Position numbers and translations under genes: made by a program | From: Prasinococcaceae sp. CCMP 1430 | Lineage: Eukaryota; Plantae; Prasinodermophyta | Length of the DNA: 32,916 nt | Direction of reading: 5' to 3' | Assembly: GCA_013416795.1 (NCBI GenBank) | Contig: RQSC01000023.1 | Location: 260,035-292,950 of the forward strand | Notes under the pieces: generated by a model | What the model saw: the letters and a program-made list of their open reading frames with translations, nothing else | Database searches by the model: none | What the model was told of the DNA's origin: nothing | Part shown: positions 32,587-32,916 of the stretch, in pieces | Numbering within the stretch: the stretch's first letter is position 1 | Layout of the letters: each line of letters begins with the position of its first letter

Positions 32587-32619
32587 AATGCTCTGATGCA
32601 GATCGCAGCACGCTGGCCT

Positions 32620-32624
32620 TGTAA
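32620..32624 (+). promoter_or_regulatory. TGTAA polyadenylation signal of RPL23A
   Basis: TGTAA about 33 nt after the stop. Confidence 0.6.
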
Positions 32625-32793
32625 CAACTCCCCGTGCGGGGTATTACTACACTACCACTCGCGACCGAGCGCACGTGGCTTCGCCGAAGCGCGCGCATGA
32701 CGGTCCAAGCAGTGTTATGTTCAGCGGCGCGTGCCGCGCTGGGATCCTCGGGGACTCCTGTCGCTAATTAGCCCTTAATAGCCGGTGGCACAA

Positions 32794-32916
32794 CTACCCG
32801 AGCGCCGCCTGGAAGGCCGCGTACTCGGACTCCAGCTGGTCGTCCTTGGCGGGCCGCGGCGGCGGCGCGCCTCCACCCGCGGGCGGCGGTGGCGGTGGTG
32901 CGGCTCCGCGCGCGGG
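32794..32916 (-). CDS. 3' end of a proline-rich protein extending beyond the window
   Basis: Minus frame reads PARGAAPPPPPPAGGGAPPPRPAKDDQLESEYAAFQAALG-stop (TAG 32796-32794). Confidence 0.55.
   Translation of the reverse strand, partial: PARGAAPPPPPPAGGGAPPPRPAKDDQLESEYAAFQAALG

Overview
Gene-dense, very GC-rich nuclear DNA from a eukaryotic green alga. A prasinophyte-grade lineage is inferred from GT-AG introns with near-invariant CTRAC branch points, TGTAA 3' signals and nucleus-encoded plastid proteins. It is a draft assembly with N gaps at 4030, 17693-17733, 22977, 24689-24956, 29340-29408 and 30989-31609. Supported genes in order: solanesyl-diphosphate synthase (-), a hypothetical ORF (+), LHCSR/LI818 (-) head-to-head with a divergent LHCII-type protein (+), a membrane-anchored 2OG-Fe(II) oxygenase-like gene (+), NUA/TPR (-), V-ATPase subunit C (+), DUF4336 (-), a second inverted 2OG-oxygenase paralog (-), MIF-like (+), POLD4 (+), cathepsin Z (-), a UCP-like mitochondrial carrier (-), psbR (+), a poly-Q protein (+), GET3/ArsA (-), RPL23A (+) and a partial Pro-rich gene (-). 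Best leads: (1) an LHCII-type antenna with Asn at the Chl a603 ligand (red-form signature) and His at a612, beside an LHCSR with a long acidic extension; (2) the inverted oxygenase paralogs, which differ by an intron and share a conversion-like tract; (3) a probably plastid-targeted MIF with an internal catalytic Pro; (4) short motif arrays and AT-rich islands in intergenic DNA. All family calls are by motif recognition, not database searches. Several 5' ends are lost in gaps or noisy sequence.
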